Source of the DNA: Monosiga brevicollis MX1
Lineage: Eukaryota
Direction of reading: 5' to 3'
Length of the DNA: 36,386 bases
Assembly: GCF_000002865.3 (NCBI RefSeq)
Contig: NW_001865083.1
Location: 92,097 to 128,482, forward strand
Of the stretch, positions 12,901 through 25,347 are shown one piece after another. How positions within the stretch are numbered: the first letter of the stretch is position 1; each line of letters begins with the position of its first letter. The notes below the pieces were generated by a model. It searched no databases and had not been told where the DNA came from. It saw only the letters and a program-made list of their open reading frames with translations. The position numbers were made by a program, and so were the translations under genes.

Positions 12901-15900
12901 CCCTGAACCGACACCCCAACATGGTGCGCGACTTTTTGCTTTGACTGTGCATTCCATGCGCCTACACCATAGCTCATTCTTCAGAGACCATGATTTTTCT
13001 TTTTCCTTTCTTAGCTGACCATGTTGGCGCTCGTGGAGCAAATGCTGGTTTCCATGAGTCGAGCGGCCGATGAATCGGGCAGCGCCGCTGCATCAGCCTT
13101 GCGCTCGGCTGAAGAAGCCCCTGCCATTCCCGCCGCCGAGACGCTCCCAGCTTGGATGAGTGAGCTCCTGTCCATTGTCAATGCTGCCCATGTGCACATG
13201 AATCAGAAACTGTTCATTGCCAAGGTCATCATCAACCAGCCGCAACATTTTCAGCCCTGGGCCAAGTGGTGGCTTGCGTACGTCAGAGGGCTTGCTTCGA
13301 GTCGTTTGGACAATGTGTGCCGAATACACGTCGCCGTGCTCTTCTTACCTGTTTAACCAATGCCGGTCGCTGCTTAGCCCGCTGATGCGAATGGCTGTGG
13401 CCCTTGGCGATCGCCAGGCTGAGCCCTTCAACTACTTTGTCACTGACCTATGTGTTGTCCTTTTGCGCTGGAGTGAAACCGCCGTACCTGGAGCCTCTGA
13501 TGTGATTGTAAGGACCATTCAGCTTGGCCGTCTGTACCGTGTCTTTGGGTGCCGGCGCAGCCAATGCCGCGCTTTGGGCCCATTGTTGGCCGGGGTGCTG
13601 CCCTACTTACATCCATTTCTACTCTGTGGTTGCCTTTGTGTCTCCTATTTGCTATTGCTCTCCTGGAAAGGTGGTGCAACAGTTTATTGAGTTCCTGGTT
13701 CGTCATGCGCAGCATGAGAGTGGACCAATTTTCCGCAACAACCTTACCATTATCAAGACTTTTGTGGAGAAGTGGGGGTAAGTGCTTCTTGACATTCCTG
13801 TGCGAGGTTTTTTTTTTTTTTTTTTTTTTTTCTTTCTTTCTTTCTTTCTTTTTCAAAATCTGTCTTCTTCCCTGATTGTCATCTCAACGACAACAACTCG
13901 CGGCTGACGATGTGCTGTAGCGCACAAACACATGCCGGCTTAACCATGGAGGTGCTCTGTGAGTTTGCGGCGCATTCTGGCATCAGCACCAAGAGGTTGC
14001 GCAGCTCACTTCATCTTTTTAGCGTGGTACGCCCTAGCCCCCCACGCATGTCCCGTCAGATGTATTTAGAAGCGTGTTGGGACGCTTTCCATCTGACCCA
14101 TTCGCACGACCGTGTTTATAACAATATTTATTGACTGTACCCTTGTGACGTGTGCCTTGTGATGTGTGTGCGCGCGAGCATGTCTAGGCCTTGGCCAACG
14201 GCATCTATCCCACAGCTCAGAACCTTCCACCTGCAATGCGATTGGATGGACTCTGCAACCAGCTGGCGGGCTACCTTACGCATAAGAGCCTGACCATGTG
14301 TCGCACAGCTGCCTCTGTCATTGGCATGTATCTTCAATGCGTATATGACGGGTCCGAGGACGGTGCCAGTGATACAGCAGGCGTGGGCCAGGTGGGTTGC
14401 CGACCTCCGACCACGAGATCAGCATTGCTTGGCTTTGCAGCCAATCTCAACCGTGCATCGCTCATCCCAACTTGCTTGCCTCTGCCTTGCAATGCGCTGC
14501 AGATGTTGACGCAGGCCACCCAGCGCTGCCTCATGGACATTAAGCGTGATTCAGCAGAAGGACGGGAGAGATTTGTCACGGCGCTGCACGCCATCTGCAA
14601 TGCCACCTTGGGCTATCCTGCCTTCGTTGATGAGCTGGTGCAAACGCTGCTCTACGTCCTGCCCGCCTGTGCTGGAAACGCAAAAACACAAGCTCTGGAG
14701 GTGCTGATGTGGCGAGCCACGGCTATTCCAGACCTCTTTCGGGAGCTTTTGGGCAAGGACCTGCCCGGTCTTTTGCAACGTCACGCGCCGTCGACGCAGT
14801 GCGCTGTACTTACCATTCTGAAAGCCATCCTGCCTTCGCTCGAGCCCTCAGTGGTGCAGCGCTACTTTCCGGCTTTAATAGCCCATCTTCCGCATCATGA
14901 TGACGCACAAGTGCGACTCCTCCACTACCAGCTCCTCATGGTCCTTTACGATCTGACGCTCACCGCAGAGTAGGTCGCGCAGTTCAACCTTGGGTGGCAG
15001 GGTGCTCCCACCGCTCACCGCTCACCGCTCACCTAACGACCAAATGCCTGTCTCAAAATTGTCCATTTGTAGGCTCAAGGTAGCCTTGGGTGAGAGCAAT
15101 ACGGTGCAGCGAGAGACGCTTCGCTTGCTGGTCATGGCTTTTTCAGACGAGAGTGCGATTATCCGCCGCTCGGCGGAGGAGTTCTTTGATCAAGAGACCC
15201 GGCTGTCCATTGCAACGGTTTGTACTGATTCAACACCAGGGGCAACAGGTGGCATTCAGGTCTTGTGGGTGGAGCTGATTCAGATGCGCCACGTCTCAGT
15301 GAAAACGTGTGGTCGTCATGGCAGGATCTGCGTTTATGTGAAGTTCTAGACAAGCTCTACGTCCCCGCATCAGAGGGCAGTTTCTTGTCCACGTGCAGCT
15401 CTCTGCTGCTGCGTTTGACGGCTCGCAGCCCCGACTACGAACGCCAGCTGTTTGAGCAAGCCTTGAAGGATTGCGAGCGCCACCCTTTGCGTGTGGACGT
15501 GACCTGGCAACGTCGAAATCTTCATCTGACGCCGCTTTTTTCGCAAAGCTCACTTGATGCCTCCCTAGAGGCCACCCTGCGTCAGCGTGGCATCCGTGCC
15601 ACTCAGGCCTCGTACTACTCATTCTCTCAAACACAGTCCTTTCGACCAGGAGCTGCCCCGGCTGATTCGCTACGCTCCGCGCAGAATACGCAGACGCAGT
15701 TTACCGATTCGCAACGCGTCCTTCTGGTGACTCGCCGTCGACCACGTGCCGGCACATTGGCTGGCACGCAAGTCGCGTTTTCTCAAAGCGAGCAGGACCA
15801 CGAGCTGGCAGCCGCCATGCAGGCTCGTGAAAAGGCCCTCGAGCGCCGGGAGATTGGGCGGCTACGACGCCGCTTTCTGCAAACCAAGGAAGGCGCGCAA

Positions 15901-17322
15901 ACAGCGTTTTGGGCTCGACAAGCCACGCGTCAGCGCCTGGAACGACAAGCGCGTGCCAAGGAACGGCGCCAAGCTCGCCATGCCAATGTGGTGCTCTACC
16001 GTGACTACAAGGATGGCGAGGTTAGAACTTGACGTGGGACTTGGGCATAATTCCGTTGCTACCCGACAACCCATGAACCTCGGCGTATCAACAAAAACAC
16101 ACCACAACTTCGCTCCGCACCCTCATATTACACTCTGTTTTGCCTTGTTGTGCTTTGCTTGTGTGTGTGTGTGTAGCTGCCAGACATTCAAATCAAGCAG
16201 GCCGAGTTGATCCGGCCTCTGGTGGCGCTGACCCAACGCGACACCACTTTTGCTCGCTCGGCACTGGTTGAGCTGGTGACTGGCCTCCTCAATGCGTTTG
16301 CCAGCCAAGCTGCGGAGGCGGACAGCCGACAGCTCTTGCTAACATGTGCTGACAATTTTGCGCACTTGCTGCAAAAGAGCCGCCAAGGCATCAGCCCTGT
16401 CATTGCCATGGCCACGGAAGTTCTGTACAGCCTGGACGACGACACGCTGCGCGAGCTCTTCTCGCGCTTTGGGGATCTTCCCGCCAACCTATGTCGCATT
16501 GCCGTGGCCAGTGACACGATGCCGTTGGCAGCTCTCTTGTTGGAGCGCCATCTGATGCTGACGGCACAGCACCCGAGTTCAGGGCCTGCCAGTAAGCGAC
16601 GCAAGCAGCTGGGGGATGCAGATCCGTTCTTGGGGAATTTTGACAGTTGGCTCGAGCTGGGCCGGTTGTACAATACCCTGAGCGAGTTTGACACGCTGCA
16701 CGGCATTTTTAGTCGTCATGGCAGCGGAACGACGCGGCAGGCGTTTGCTTGCCTTGCACACGACGACTATCTCGGCGCCATCAAGGCTGTTGATGAGGCT
16801 GGGGACGCCGAGGTAGACTTGGCCGAGGAAGAGCTCTGGCAGCAGATTCAGCGTGCGTTGCGCCTGATGCCCGTGTGATGTCGGGGAAGGAGGGGCCTGA
16901 GAGGCCGAAGCGAAGACTTGTGGCCTGCTCAATCGTTTTCTTATCGGCAGGCGTGCAGTCGCTGTGGTATTTGGTACAACTCATACGCAGCTCTGGTGCA
17001 CGCATTGCTCTTTACGATAGTGGATGGATACCGTAGTCTGGGCCGCTGGACTGGGGTTCGGCGGGTAGTGAGCGAGTTGTTTGTGGACGAGAGCACGCCC
17101 GATGAAGACGTTCTCGAAGCCGCATCCCTTGAGCGAATCTGGACTGATCGACAAGCAACCGCTTTGGTCGATGCCACCATGACTGTACGAGCGCCTGCCC
17201 GCTGAGAGCCATGTTTGGGCACATCGCTTGCCCAGAATCCAACGGCTTGGTTTGCTCTGCACACGTATTGTTTGACTCATGGAGATTGCTACTTTCATGT
17301 CTATGTTGGTTTGCTTGTTTCT

Positions 17323-17379
<57 letters not shown>

Positions 17380-20300
17380 TGTGTATTGTTTTATTAGAGC
17401 AATTTGCGAGATGGTCTCCATCATGTGCTATCATTCTTGAACACGCAATTATTTCCTCTGCGCCAGGAGACACCGAAAGAGGCTTCTGTGGCCTTTTACA
17501 AGTTGCGTGAATTTGTAACAAGCAGTTCCCAGCAGCCCATGCAGGCAGAGCTTTTGGCGCGCCGCCATGCATACGAACTGGCCGTGACAGAGCTCCTGCA
17601 TGACAAAATTCTGCAAGAGAGCGAGCAGGCCGCTCACCAGGCCCGCGCTCGCCACCTGGTCAATACCGGGGTCCAAGCATTTGAGCAGAGCTGGCCCTTG
17701 CTCCCCGCTCTACAAACTGGCATCCGCCTGACGCGCGTGGAGCATGTTCAGCCTCTGATCGAATTGGACGAGTACCTCGACTTTATGGGAACGGCACGTA
17801 ACTTTGAGGGCAGTGCCGAGCCAATGGAGCAGCTGGCCCGACGCTGGCGCACCAGGGACTTGACTCAGGAAAGCACGGGCTTTGATGCCTTTGAAGGCGT
17901 TTTCCTCCTTCGATCCCTTTTCTTAGGCCAAATAGCGCTGGTAGGTGCCGGGCCTCATCCAGAACCAAACCTGAGCTTTTGCCGCCCTAGCGTTTGGCAT
18001 GTTTGTCCAACTTCTTCTTTTTTGCTTTTTTTCTTTGAAAAAAAGCTTTGTGTGAAGGTTAGGGGGCAAGCTCACGAGGTACTGGTTGACACCGCTTGGT
18101 GATATGCGTAGGAATATTCACGGCGACACAGTGCTATTCTTGGCGACCACAGGGCAGAAGACTTTGACTTGACAGATTCCACGGACGCAGCGTCACAAGC
18201 CAAGCGCATTTTTGTTCGTGAACAAGCTCAACACAATTACCGCCTGGCTCTCAAGGCAGTCCAGATCAATAATCCCAAGCAATCGAGCCAATACTTTCGC
18301 CTGGCGGAGGATCTGGTTGGCTTGCCCGCTTTCTCACGCGATGACATGCGGGATTTACTCTTGCTAAAGAGCCAAGCTCGAGCTGCTCACAACAACCTCT
18401 CTCTTCGCCTGCGTATGGATCGTGGTTCGAGTCCGCATGCGCTGGTCCAAAGCATTTTGCGATGCCTTGACGCATATAGTGATCAGATGAGATTTACGAG
18501 CGGCAATTCTGAAGTCTTTTCAAGAACAAGTTTGATCATGGATGGTGCCGGCACGCTTGTTGATGTGGCCCGCGCCCTACACTTGCTGGAGCGACCCCAA
18601 CCGGGTACCCCCGACCTCGATGAGCAGCAAACGGCGATGCTGCTCGAGGCTGCCCATAACGCTGGCTTGAAGCTGCATGCAGATGCCGGGGCTTTGGCCG
18701 GGCAAATGGCAGAACAAGCATTGCGCACAGCGCACGAGGCCTGTCGTCAACTGGCCACGGATGTTTTGCATGGGGGTACCACAATCCCCTTGGGCTATTA
18801 CCGCACCGAGTCCTCCACTCAGGCGGGGGCTTTTGCCTTTGTGTGCAGTGTGACGCTGCAGCGCCGCCGTCAGATGCCCGACGCTTTGTGCCCATTGGAT
18901 GTGGTGCCAGACATGGCCGCGGTGCCCATAGACAACGTCTATCCTGAAAGGGCTGCACGGCACCATGTGCGTTTCGCAGACTTTTGCTTCCAAGCTCTGG
19001 CTCAACTTGAAGCCCAACCCACCTCAGCCTCGGTCATGCCCAGCCTCGCCGAGGAAGCTGCCCCTCCAACCTTGAGCGACCTGATGCCTGCCGCCAGCAG
19101 CGACCTCTATGGGCGATCTCTTTTGCTGCAATTGGCGGTAGAACACAGTTTTGCAGCAGCGCGGTCAGTGTGGAAAGAAGGGGAAAGGAAGGCAACCCCA
19201 AGTTGGCTTTTCTTATTTAGTTCCTGTCTGAAGCTTTGGCGTTGTATCTCTCTCTGAAAAGAAACGCACAAAGAGAAAGAGAAGCCACTTTGTTTCATCT
19301 TGCAGCCTGCTCGTCGCTCCCAAAGTCGCAGCTCGTTACACCACTTTTGACACTGGTTTGTCCCTCTTTATAGATCGGGTCTAGCCGAAGGCCGAGCCTT
19401 GCTGCCTCGTGTGTTGGCACTGCTAGAAGTGGAGGAAGAACGTCCACCGTGGCTCCCTCAGCTGATCTGCGCTGCCGGCTGCGCTGCGCCGGCATGGATC
19501 TATCTGCGCTGGCTTCCACAACTGCTAGCATATGGCGCCACAGACCAGAACGTGCTTGCTGTGAAGCAGATCCTGGGTCTCGTGGCGAAAGCGTGAGTAA
19601 TATCCGAGAACCGAGGCGGTTCCTGCTGTTGCCATTTTGAAACCCACACTGTTGTTGTTGCCGCGCACCGAAAAAGTCATTCTCGCGGCTCGAACACTGA
19701 CCCGGAGCACCCGAACTCAACCTTTTGTAGATATCCGCAAGCTGTAGCGTACCCGGCGATTCTGCTCCAGGACCAATTAGAGGAACGCATTGTCTCGAAC
19801 GATGTGCACGGCTGCTTTGACTTCATCAAGGTGAGGCGTCACCCCAGAATCCCAGGTTGCTCGCTGTGCGCCATCAACTTGCCTGGCGTTTTTCTCACGC
19901 AATCATTGCATCATAGCGAGCGGTGGGAGCTACGTGGGAATCTTGCACATTGCTGATTGAGCAATTGTATCTTTTGCACGATCTTCCGACAATGCTCCGT
20001 GACCTCAGAGCTGAGCTGGTAGGGAGCGCGGTTTGGCAACTGATGGGGCGTCATGCCTGTGCTGATCAAAAGGGTTTCGCGTGCATGGATGCAGAATCGT
20101 ATTTCAGGTCAAGATGAGAAGAGTGCGCTTCTCATTGAAAAGCGTTTACGCTTTGGTCACAAGGTGTTTGGCTCTCAAGCGTAAGTCTGACTTGTTTCAA
20201 GTCGCGCTCACTTGACACTGCTCCTGGTTGACACTCAGTCACGCTGCCCTCCGTCCGGGGCCCGATGAACCATTGTTGTTCTTGACAGGATGAAGCGTCG

Positions 20301-23103
20301 CGCGACAGACCCCAAGATTATTAGCACGCTTCACGCTAAGCTGGAGCAGTGGCTTAGCAAACCCGACAAGCTTAAATCAATGACCATGCAGAAGTCCATG
20401 GTATGAAATTTTTCGGACGTGCGACATGAACGTCATATCAGATGCGCTTGCACGTGTACAGACGTGCACAGACGTGCGCAAACGTGCGCACAGTGTCTGC
20501 TGCACTCACATGCCATGTTTCTGCCCTTTGATTCCAGGTGAAAGAGTTGGGCAAATGCGCCGAAGGGTTGGCAGACGCTGCAAAAGATTCGAGTACTCTG
20601 AGCACCTATGCTCCCCAGCTAGCAGAATCAATGTTCACGGGCCAAATGGCGCTCGAGGTTCCTGGCCAGTATGGCGAGGAGGATAGCATGTGGGTTCGCG
20701 CGCCGAAATGGCCCCAGCCTCAGCTTCACCTGTTGGGTGGGCGCCTCAATGGTCATTACTGTGTGTACTTTTAGGCCTGATGTGCAAAGCCATGTGATGC
20801 TGTGCGGCTTTGACTCGCGAGTGCTGGTGCTCAAGTCAATTCGTCGGCCCAAGCGTGTGACTATGCTGTACGTGCAGCTTTTTAACCTTTTCTCTCATTA
20901 GCGTGCGCTCTGTCTTGATTTTGCTCAATCCGTTGCTTTTTTTCTCGGCTCAACATAAATGTTGCCGTGTTGTCATTGCTGTTCTGGCGTCTTGCTCTCA
21001 TTGCATGCATTGTGCCTTTCTGGGGGCTTATACCATTTTGACAGTGGAAGTGATGAACGTGAATACAAGTTTCTGGTCAAGGCCGGTGAAGATTTGCGCA
21101 CAGACGACCGGATTGAACAGGTGCATTACGGTGCAATTTTTGCATGCCCGTGGTGCAGCACAAGTGATCTCACACTGGGGCTCTCTTTTGTAGGTGTTCT
21201 CTGTGATGAACCGAATTTTGGCGCATGACCGTGCGTGCCAGCAGCGGCGGCTCAACCTCAGGTCAGCCAGGCGACCAAGCCCAAATTTTGACTCGGTGAG
21301 AACAACATGCTGAGGTTGTCACTCGCTCACGGACGGTTGTTGAAATGCGGTGCGGTAGAACATATGCGGTCATACCCATGACCACTCGCCTTGGCTTGCT
21401 GGAATGGATGGATAACACAACCACGTTGCGTGATTTTGTGATGCAAAGCGATGAAGATGAGAAAGACATCCAACGTGCCAAGGTGGGTCAAGTTGACACC
21501 GTCTATGCTCTTGTCAATGGGCATGGTGGGCCAAGTATGTTCCTCATCCCGACGTTGGCCACCCACCTGGACGCAGGAGACCTATTTGCTATTTGCCAAT
21601 AAGTTTGCGGATAAGCGTGCTCATTCAAGCGTCGCCGACAACATTACACGCGTTCTTGTCAAGGGCACGCGTTCGGGTTGGTCCATCGCTCGAGCCACGC
21701 CGACAAGAATTGGGCACATGCTTTGCCCGACGAACATTAAGGTACAAACCTGAACTCATGCGGCTGTGGTCTACTTTCCTGTCGATATTCTTCAATAGAT
21801 GTCAAGTTGGCATTTGAAAAGGCGCAGAGCATGGTGCGTGCGACACTGCTGCGAGACGCCTTGCTCGCCTTGGCTTCGACGCCAGAAGGCTTCTTCACAT
21901 TGCGGCAGCATTACGGCCGGACCTTGAGCACCATCAACATTTGCCAGTACATACTGGGCATTGGTGACCGCCACTTGAGCAACGTCATGGTCGATTTACG
22001 CACGTACGTCGCCAGGATTCTTCTTTCATTCTATGCTCGTCTTGTTGTTTTTTTGCTTGGGTGGCCTCGTTCGCATCGACTTTGGGCACCACTCTTGTTT
22101 CTTTTCATGCTCTTGTGCTTGCGTAGGGGTGGCCTCATTGGCATTGACTTTGGACACCACTTTGGGTCGGCCACTTATTTGCTGCCGATTCCTGAGCTGA
22201 TGCCATTCCGTTTGACGCGGTACGAACGAGCGAGGGTTGAGTTTTTAATTGGTTGGAACATCTCGTCGCGCAATTGTCTGATGCACAGCTATTACCTCTT
22301 TGTAGAATCATGGAGCAGGCGTTGCAACCGCACACACGCAATGGCTTGATCAAACATGTCATGTGCCATGTGCTCACGGCGCTCAAGGTGGGTCATTTGT
22401 GTGTGTGTGCGTGTGTATCTGTGTGCGTACTGATCGCATTTGTTTTGTTTTGTTTTGTTTGTTTTGTTTTTCTTGTGGCAATACTATTTAGGCTCGACGC
22501 TCCGACTTGTTGGCAGTGATCCAGATTTTTGCCACAGAACCGACGTTGGATTGGCAACAAAATGCCAAAAAGGTTATCAAGCAGGAAGAGGGCGAGGAGC
22601 TCCAAGTCGAAAACTACGCGACGCGCAACGTAAGTGTTTGTCATGGGAGTTGGTGGGTAGGCACTGCCGTTCACTGGACTGTGTGCTTGTTGAAACGACT
22701 GTTGCCCAATGCGGGCCGGTATCCACGAACTAGCTCGAGCGCTTGCGCTTGAAATTGTCGGGGTGCCATCCAGCTGCCATCATGGCGGAGGAAGTGGCGG
22801 ACAGTAGGCATATTGCCGCGTATCGAAGCAAAGTCCAAGAGGTGGTGTGGGGCAGTCGTCGTGACCAGGATCTGCGGTACGTACAGCAAGCGCAATCGCT
22901 CTTGTGAACATCAAGCGCAGTTTGGCCTGTGCTTTGGCTGCGTGCATGTTCACACACATGCAACGTCTTGGATGGGTCTTAGGGCCACGTTGCCAACGGA
23001 GGTTGCGCTAACTGTGGAGCAACAAGTAGATGCCCTGTTGGATCAAGCGACAGATCCCAATCTTTTGGGTCGGTCCTGGGTGGGATGGGATCCCTACTGC
23101 TGA
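3990..23103 (+). CDS. PRKDC: DNA-dependent protein kinase catalytic subunit (DNA-PKcs), about 50 exons, roughly 4,300 aa
   Basis: Hand-spliced exons join in frame from MAEATATAV (3990) to the FATC end LTVEQQVDALLDQATDPNLLGRSWVGWDPYC* (23103). Diagnostic DNA-PKcs motifs: AIRGFG, DRQTRTAACELLHAIV, LELDALNRHPNM, IRATQ..FSQTQ, RLRRRFL, VVLYRDYKDGE|LPDIQIK, LEVPGQY, KSIRRPKRV, GSDEREYKFLVKAGEDLRTDDRIEQ, YILGIGDRHLSN, IDFGHHFGSATYLLPIPELMPFRLTR. The largest exons are ~8151-9277, 9398-10994 and ~18112-19167; some internal boundaries are uncertain. Confidence 0.96.
17324..17378. repeat. poly(T)55 tract inside a PRKDC intron
   Basis: Homopolymer just upstream of acceptor ttattAG (~17397). Confidence 0.93.
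20775..23103 (+). other. PRKDC: PI3K-like kinase and FATC domain exons of DNA-PKcs
   Basis: Catalytic Lys motif LVKAGEDLR (exon ~21045-21120), hinge GLLEWM (~21359-21483), DRHLSN (~21799-22003), DFG (22127-22219), FATC (~22983-23103). Confidence 0.93.
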
Positions 23104-23517
23104 GTGTTTTTATTTGTGTCCTGGGCGAGCAGGGACTGTGTGCCCGAGCCCCCAGCGATTTGAAATTGAGTTTGGACTGCTGATATCAAGGATGATGACG
23201 TATGAGTCAGCGTGCGTGTCTGTCTGTCCGTCTGTCTGTCTGTCTGTCTGTCTGTGCAATGCTGTGCTGTGCTGTGTTATGTTTGATGCCCACATTTAAA
23301 CTGGCTGCTCACCAATGTGGTGGAGGCGAGGGGCCTGCACTGCCGCGAGATGTGGTTGTGCCGGAGAAACCAAAGAGCAAGTCAAGGATACTCGGTCAAT
23401 TTTTTTTCTTCTCTTCTGTCCCACAAGGCCCCTACTCTGTCTCACTCGGGGGGTGTGAGTAGCAAAGGTTGGAGAGGGGACTGATGAACGGGGATGAGGG
23501 GGCAAGTTGAGACTTGG

Positions 23518-25077
23518 TTATACGACGGCGAGGTGACCCATGTCTTCGGCGGCCTTTTCAGTGGGGTCCATAGCGGCGTTGCCTGATGCGGCGGGGGCGG
23601 TGGCGTCGGCCGCGCCGGGCGGGGTCAGGGAGAGGGGGTTGATGGCGGAATGGTTTTTGTTTTGCTCGATCATTTCGATGAGCTTGTCAAAGGTTTCTGC
23701 GGGCTCGCAGGTGCCACCGAGGAAGGTGGGGATGGCGTCGAGCTCGAGGCCGTCTTCTTGCATCTTCTTGACGGCGGCTGAGGCCGAGCCGAGCATGTTG
23801 ACCTTGGCTTGGGTGATGGGGTGGATCCAGGGCTTGATCATGGCCCAGACCGTCTAGGGGAGGGGTTCAAACAGATGTAGATGAGCAGGAGGCGAGGGGG
23901 GTGGGATGTTAGGATGTGTTATAATTGTTCAACAGCAGGCGGGGGTGAACATGAGGGCGAAACGTACGCGGAAGACAAAGGGGGCGTTGATGACGTAAAT
24001 CTTCCAGAGGCTTTCGGGGAAAAAGTCGGCACCGACGCTGAAGACTTTTTGAATGACGGCCTTTTTCTGGCCGTAGAGAATGTTCATGCCGCTGCCCTTG
24101 AGGTCGACGATGAGGGAGTACTTGTAGCGCTGCTCGCCCAGCTTGTCGGAGAGCTGCTTCTTGTAAGCACTGTAAAAGGCCTGCTTTTGACCCTGCAAAC
24201 GGAGCATGTGATCCCTATAGATGGGAGGCCGGGCAAGGGGTGAGGCGCGATTGTGGCAGAGGTGTTGTGGTTGATGTGTTGTTGATATTTTCTTATTTTT
24301 TTTTTTTTTTTTTTTTTTTTTCCCTTGCAATCACATGAACGGCCGAACGACCAAAAAGAGGGGAACGAAGAGGGAAAAGTCAAAGAGGTGGGGGCAAGGC
24401 GGTGGGAGGGAGCCAGGGTACGTACGAGTCCATGGCGGCAAGGGCATCAGTGCTGATTTTCTCGACGTGAAGGGAGACGAGGGGATGGCCGTACTTGTCG
24501 TGGCCATAAATGTATTCGGGCCACTTTTGGTAAAAGTCGGCGTCACCGTCGATGCGCTTGGTCATGTACTCGTAGTAGTTGACCTTGTCACGCCAGTCGA
24601 GAATGCTCTGTGGATGAGGGTTAGGGTTGAGGGTTGGGGTTGGGGGGGGTCAGCACGAGATGAGAGATGAAGACGGGACTGATCGCGCCCAGAATGGAGA
24701 AGGGGGAGGGGATTGTTGTTGTGTTTCGTTCTGTTCGTTTTGTCATGTCTCCCTGTCTTTGCTGGGGCGGTACTGTTGCGGACTTGCTCTTGGTGGCGTT
24801 GGCACGGGATTGACGGATCGAGGGGAGGCTCGCGGACAACGGATTCAGGGAGGCGGTTGGAAAGACAAACCTTGAAGGCTTTGACGGTCTCCTCCTTGCG
24901 GGGTTCGTACGAGGCGTAGCCACGGACGCAGGTGAGGTAGTCGTGTTCACAGAGAAGCTTGCGCTGTTCCTCAGTGGCCACATCGGCACAAGCTTGGATG
25001 TACTCCTCCTCCTCGGGCTTGCGGGGTGCACATTCGAGTTCAGCCAGCTGGCGATCCACCTCCTTGAGTGCAGCCAT
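23518..25077 (-). CDS. CRAL-TRIO (Sec14-like) lipid-binding protein, 4 exons, 323 aa
   Basis: Exons 25077-24871, 24607-24426, 24214-23968 and 23853-23518 total 972 nt with GT-AG junctions. Motifs ILDWR, YGHDKYGHP, IVDLKG, FPESLWKIYVINAPFVFRTVWAMIKPWIHPITQAKV and IPTFLGG are typical of CRAL-TRIO. Confidence 0.93.
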
Positions 25078-25225
25078 GGTGTCCGGTGATCCTGTGTGTG
25101 TGTCGTGAAGCAAAGAAAAAGGTTTGTTAAGAGTCCTAGGGGTGGCAGTGAGGGAGGGAGGGCAAAAAAAACGGCGGATCGGTGAGTCAAAGGGGTGAAC
25201 GAGCAGCTCACAAGCTAGACGGGAC

Positions 25226-25347
25226 AGGAGGAGCAAAGAGGAAAGAGGAAAGAGGAGGAGGAGAAAGAGGAGAAAGAGGAGGAGAAGGAGGAGGAGGAGG
25301 AGGAGGAGGACGTGAGGCAGGAGGAGAAAGAGGAGGAGGACGTGAGG
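25226..25347. repeat. purine-rich (GGA)n / GGAGAAAGA low-complexity tract upstream of the Sec14 CDS
   Basis: GGA repeats plus a duplicated ggaggaggacgtgaggcaggagga unit. On the Sec14 sense strand it is a polypyrimidine tract. Confidence 0.8.

Noticed and set aside
20452..20492. Four tandem 10-mers (acgtgtacag/acgtgcacag/acgtgcgcaa/acgtgcgcac) in a PRKDC intron
   Set aside because: Short slippage repeat without spacers; not CRISPR-like and no sign of function.
5268..22126. Stop-free 3n introns in PRKDC (5268-5360, 6794-6928, 14392-14502, probably 18776-18910, 22004-22126)
   Set aside because: About five among ~50 short GC-rich introns is roughly what chance predicts, so this is no evidence for regulated retention.
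4000..23100. Dozens of separate ORFs that could be read as an operon-like gene cluster
   Set aside because: The plus-strand ones splice in frame via GT-AG junctions into a single DNA-PKcs; the others are off-frame or antisense.
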